Assembly (NCBI GenBank): GCA_048772705.1 | Contig: JBLWGC010000208.1 | Coordinates: forward strand, 62,001 to 126,000 | Source: Leidyana gryllorum EB-2025a | Taxonomy: Eukaryota; Protista; Apicomplexa | Direction of reading: 5' to 3' | Length of the DNA: 64,000 bases | In this document: piece after piece, positions 60,640 to 64,000 of the stretch | How the letters are laid out: every line of letters starts with the position of its first letter | Numbering within the stretch: the stretch's first letter is position 1 | Translations under genes and position numbers: made by a program | The notes under the pieces: model-generated | Database searches by the model: none | Told to the model about the DNA's origin: nothing | What the model saw: the letters and a program-made list of their open reading frames with translations, nothing else

Positions 60640-63600
60640 ATGAGGCCCAAAGGCCCCACTCCCATGGATCCTACAATGTCACGGATGGATCAGAAACGTA
60701 AAAGTGTGGCTTCGCCACCACTGCCAGCTGCGACTGTATTTGACAACAAACTCTCGGACCTTGTTTCGTCTGGTTTTCAGACGTTCCAAAGCTCCGAAAC
60801 GGATCCTGGATACCACCATAGAAAGCCTTCCGAGCATGTGCCTCTGGGGCCAGACGATCCCGACGGCTCTCGCACTGACGTCTCGCTTACCATCTCGGCC
60901 GGCTCGGATTCCGCAGGGGATTTCCGTGGGCCTTCCGTCAGTGGATCCCTTATACTACGTACCCCCTCACGCCACTCCTTCTCCAACGCCTTGACCTTCA
61001 CCCCCTCCCTCCCCGATTCGATGGAAGAAGAAGACTCGTGGATCCCTCGACGCGAAGAACATCAGTCGTTCAGCAAAACTGGGTCTCTGACCGCCCGACC
61101 TAAGCGCCACAAAGGTTTTCTTCACAAGATTTCCTCTCTCGGTAAGGCGAAATGCATTCTTCGCTCTGCTCGTATTCGAACAAAGTTGATGTAACACGGC
61201 ACGGGATTTCATTGTTCTCTCGCGGACAGTGGACCTTCTCTACACGGCGCCAATCCCATGTGGCTGACAGCTGTGGAACACGCATGTGATATGTAACTGG
61301 TTTTGTGTTGTCGTCGTCGGGGTGGGTACAACAGTGCTTTCATAGGGACACCGTTTGTACGGCATTCGGCTTCGAGCAGCAATTTACATTCCGTCGGTGA
61401 ACCCGCCTTAGTACAGATGTCTGGTGGAACCGAAGCGGAGAAGATTATTGAAGGTCGTGTCGAAGCTGCCCATCGACACTCTATAGCTGGCTGCTCATCG
61501 GAAGAAAGAGGCTGGGACATGGATGATCTACCCACCCGACGGGGTAATTCAACAACGTCTGCGCTGTCCAAGAAACGGGCACCTCATTCTCCGGGCCGCA
61601 TGCTATCATCCCTAGCGCACATGATAATCCGGAGGCAGAGCAATGATGTCTCAACAACAGCGAGTAGTCGGAGGTACAATGAGAGTTCAACTCGATTGGA
61701 AGCATCTAGGAGTTTGGCTACTGAACGAGCTTCCCGGGATCCGGAACTGTTGGACGATGAATTTTCATTGCAGAACTCTGTAAGTATCGAAGAGGCGGCA
61801 TCGTTGAGTCAACGAAGGTAAGTACTGAATGTGTGACTGATCACCCAATGCTTCTCATCAGGTATGAGACCATCCGCGTGCCCGCTATGAATACTGTGTC
61901 GGAGGAGTCTGTTGAAGTTGAAGTGGACTCCGAATCGAACCTATCACATGCGAGACGCGTCCTTGGCGGTGACGCCTCGCCAACCCCTCTCCCCAAAACC
62001 ACGTCGAGTTCCGAAATGGGAGGAGAGATCGTTGATCTACGATCAAGTAATGTTATGAGCTCAGAAGAGTCGTTGGCCAGTTCGTGCCGCGCAGCAACTG
62101 AGACTCAGCGATCGACGAATGCGGCCCCGCTGTCTCCGATGCCTGAAGAGGATCCCCTGATTTCTATACTAAAAGACGAGGAAGTGGCCCCACAGGCGCC
62201 TTCCTCGGCTTTGGAGTCAAACATCACCCCGTCGCCACACGATCCACCCACCCCCCTCGAGAATTGGAAGCCTAAAGTTGTATATCCTTTACTATCCTCT
62301 GCGAACGACACAGCTCGATGCGGAGGGCCAGCAGAAGACGATCTGGAGGTGGGAGACGAAATGGAACCCGGAGAAGACGAGGAGATAAAGTCAAGCACGT
62401 CGTCGGACGCGGTTGAGTCTACACCGACACTGTGTTGGCGGCAACAGCACAGCATCGAAGTTGTGCCTCAACGTCCTCCAACACCTCGTGACAATGAAAT
62501 GCCTTCGATGACCTTTCCTTCGAAGAGTCCCTCATCTCCCGGAACGCCTCCCACGGGACTCCTGACTGAACTGCGTGTTCCTCTACAACACAAAGTGTCA
62601 ACCCCCCCTGTTCGTAGCGATGAGGAGCCGATGTGTTCTCCATCAGGGTTTGGTCCGTCGATTCGAGCCGCTTATGCCCCAATTCAACCCAATACGCCGC
62701 AGTCCCCCGTGAACTTCACAGGACTGAGTCTTCTCGCCGAGTTGGAGAATGGACAGACCACCACACCCTCCGTTTTTATCAGTCGGCCCAGCATGGCTTC
62801 ATCCGAGAAGAAGACCCTTCCCTCCCAAGATGTCAGTCGCGCCCGTACGCGGCGCAGTTCGCAATTGTTCAACGTATTCGCGAATTCAATAAAGAACCTT
62901 CTTGGTGGAGAGGCACACAATTCCGATCAGCAAGCACCACGACCCCTGTCCAAGAACTCTGTACAGCGTCGGAGACACAGCTTAGCCGCTACACCTCAAT
63001 CTCAATCATGTGCGGTGGCCCAATTAGCAGATTTCTTGGAGACGCGTCGGCGTATGATCGATTTGAGCAATAAGCTCGCTCGCGCCGACGACTCTGACGA
63101 TAACAAGGTTGACTCCGACCCCCCATTGACGCCTCAGCCGCTGTTCGTTCCGAAGCCTGAAAACGGCCCACTGGGCCCGAGAAGAGCTTCTTGTGCTCTC
63201 CTCCGACCCTCTTACATTCCTGGGAATGATGTCCTACCTGTATGCCGGTCCGCTCAACAGTGGCCGTCCATTGCCCCCTCCGAAACAGGTTGGAGACGTA
63301 AAGATCTTTCTCCACCGAATTTCCCTCATCGAGCTTTTTCCCACTCCGGCCCCTTCTCCAGTCGGGAGAGGCGCCCTCCACATTTATCGCCATCGAGCCG
63401 TAATCCGGATGCTCCTCCAAGACCTCCGCCGCTTCCTCCCCTGGAGCGTGCGACTACACTGGAGCGACTGAGCGAGCGTCTCGGGTCGAATGTTCGCCTT
63501 GCAAGTGGCTCAAGGCCACACTACGATCATCGTCATAACACAACAATGGAGTCAGCGATGGGGTCAGCTTTGATCGCCAACAGCCCGGGAGCAACGGGTA

Positions 63601-64000
63601 CAACGGCATCGACAGAGTTACATCGGTTGTCGGCACCTCAAAAGCTTGAGACTCACGCATCATTGGGGCGGCACTTAAGTGCACATGAAGTGCCTTTTGA
63701 AGGCTCGAGTTTCGGGCCCGTGGGGGTACATCCCCAGCGTAAGGCTCCGATGAATGAGATGGGTGTTGGGACTACGAGAGTCGGCATGATGGATGAGGAT
63801 ACTCAGACGGACTTTGTACTACTGAGCGATGCTTGCTGCCAGACAGAAGATTGTCGGCTTCTGAAGGTCCACAAGGGTACGCAGACGGACCCGCTGGAAG
63901 AGATTCCCAACATTCCAATCGGGATTCAGACACCACCAATGGTGCTTCTTTCAACACATCGAGGCGGAAGCGGTGAGACGGAGTGCGACTCTGCTACGGA
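60640..64000 (+). CDS. Large Ser/Pro-rich disordered protein, multi-exon, 3' end beyond window
   Basis: Exons ~60640-61141, ~61201-61817; the frame from 61862 to the edge was open wherever translated and is absent from the ORF track (no stop in window). Confidence 0.7.

Noticed and set aside
61862-64000. Short minus-strand ORFs as separate genes
   Set aside because: They are antisense shadows of one plus-strand exon that runs off the window.
1-64000. CRISPR arrays, transposons, rRNA/tRNA genes, prokaryotic operons
   Set aside because: No spaced direct repeats, transposase/RT motifs or RNA-gene signatures seen; nearly all sequence is accounted for by spliced eukaryotic genes.

Overview
Eukaryotic, extremely gene-dense DNA (~22 protein-coding genes in 64 kb, short GT-AG introns of mostly ~23-80 nt, intergenic spacers from overlapping stop codons up to ~190 bp). 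An ApiAP2 transcription factor and a VHS-GAT-alpha-ear adaptor (KIC4/KAE-like) point to an apicomplexan, probably a compact-genome gregarine (inference). Recognisable genes: VPS13-like lipid transfer protein (runs off the left edge; its 5.4 kb exon is missing from the ORF track), SLC6/NSS transporter, NOX/ferric-reductase, FANCJ/RTEL1-type helicase, TBC RabGAP, RAD16-like SNF2 ATPase with N-terminal PARP-type zinc finger, ABCG transporter, XPG, RTF1, HAD hydrolase, ApiAP2. The best candidate for an undescribed system is the 13.6-20.0 kb trio. It comprises a secreted Cu-only-SOD-fold protein that has lost all four Cu-ligand histidines, a secreted Cys-rich/Sushi protein, and an algal-type NOX (extra TM helices inside the NADPH domain) whose outer-haem His ligand is replaced by Val. 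No rRNA, tRNA, CRISPR or mobile element was recognised. All exon structures and alignments are manual, by eye, and unverified.
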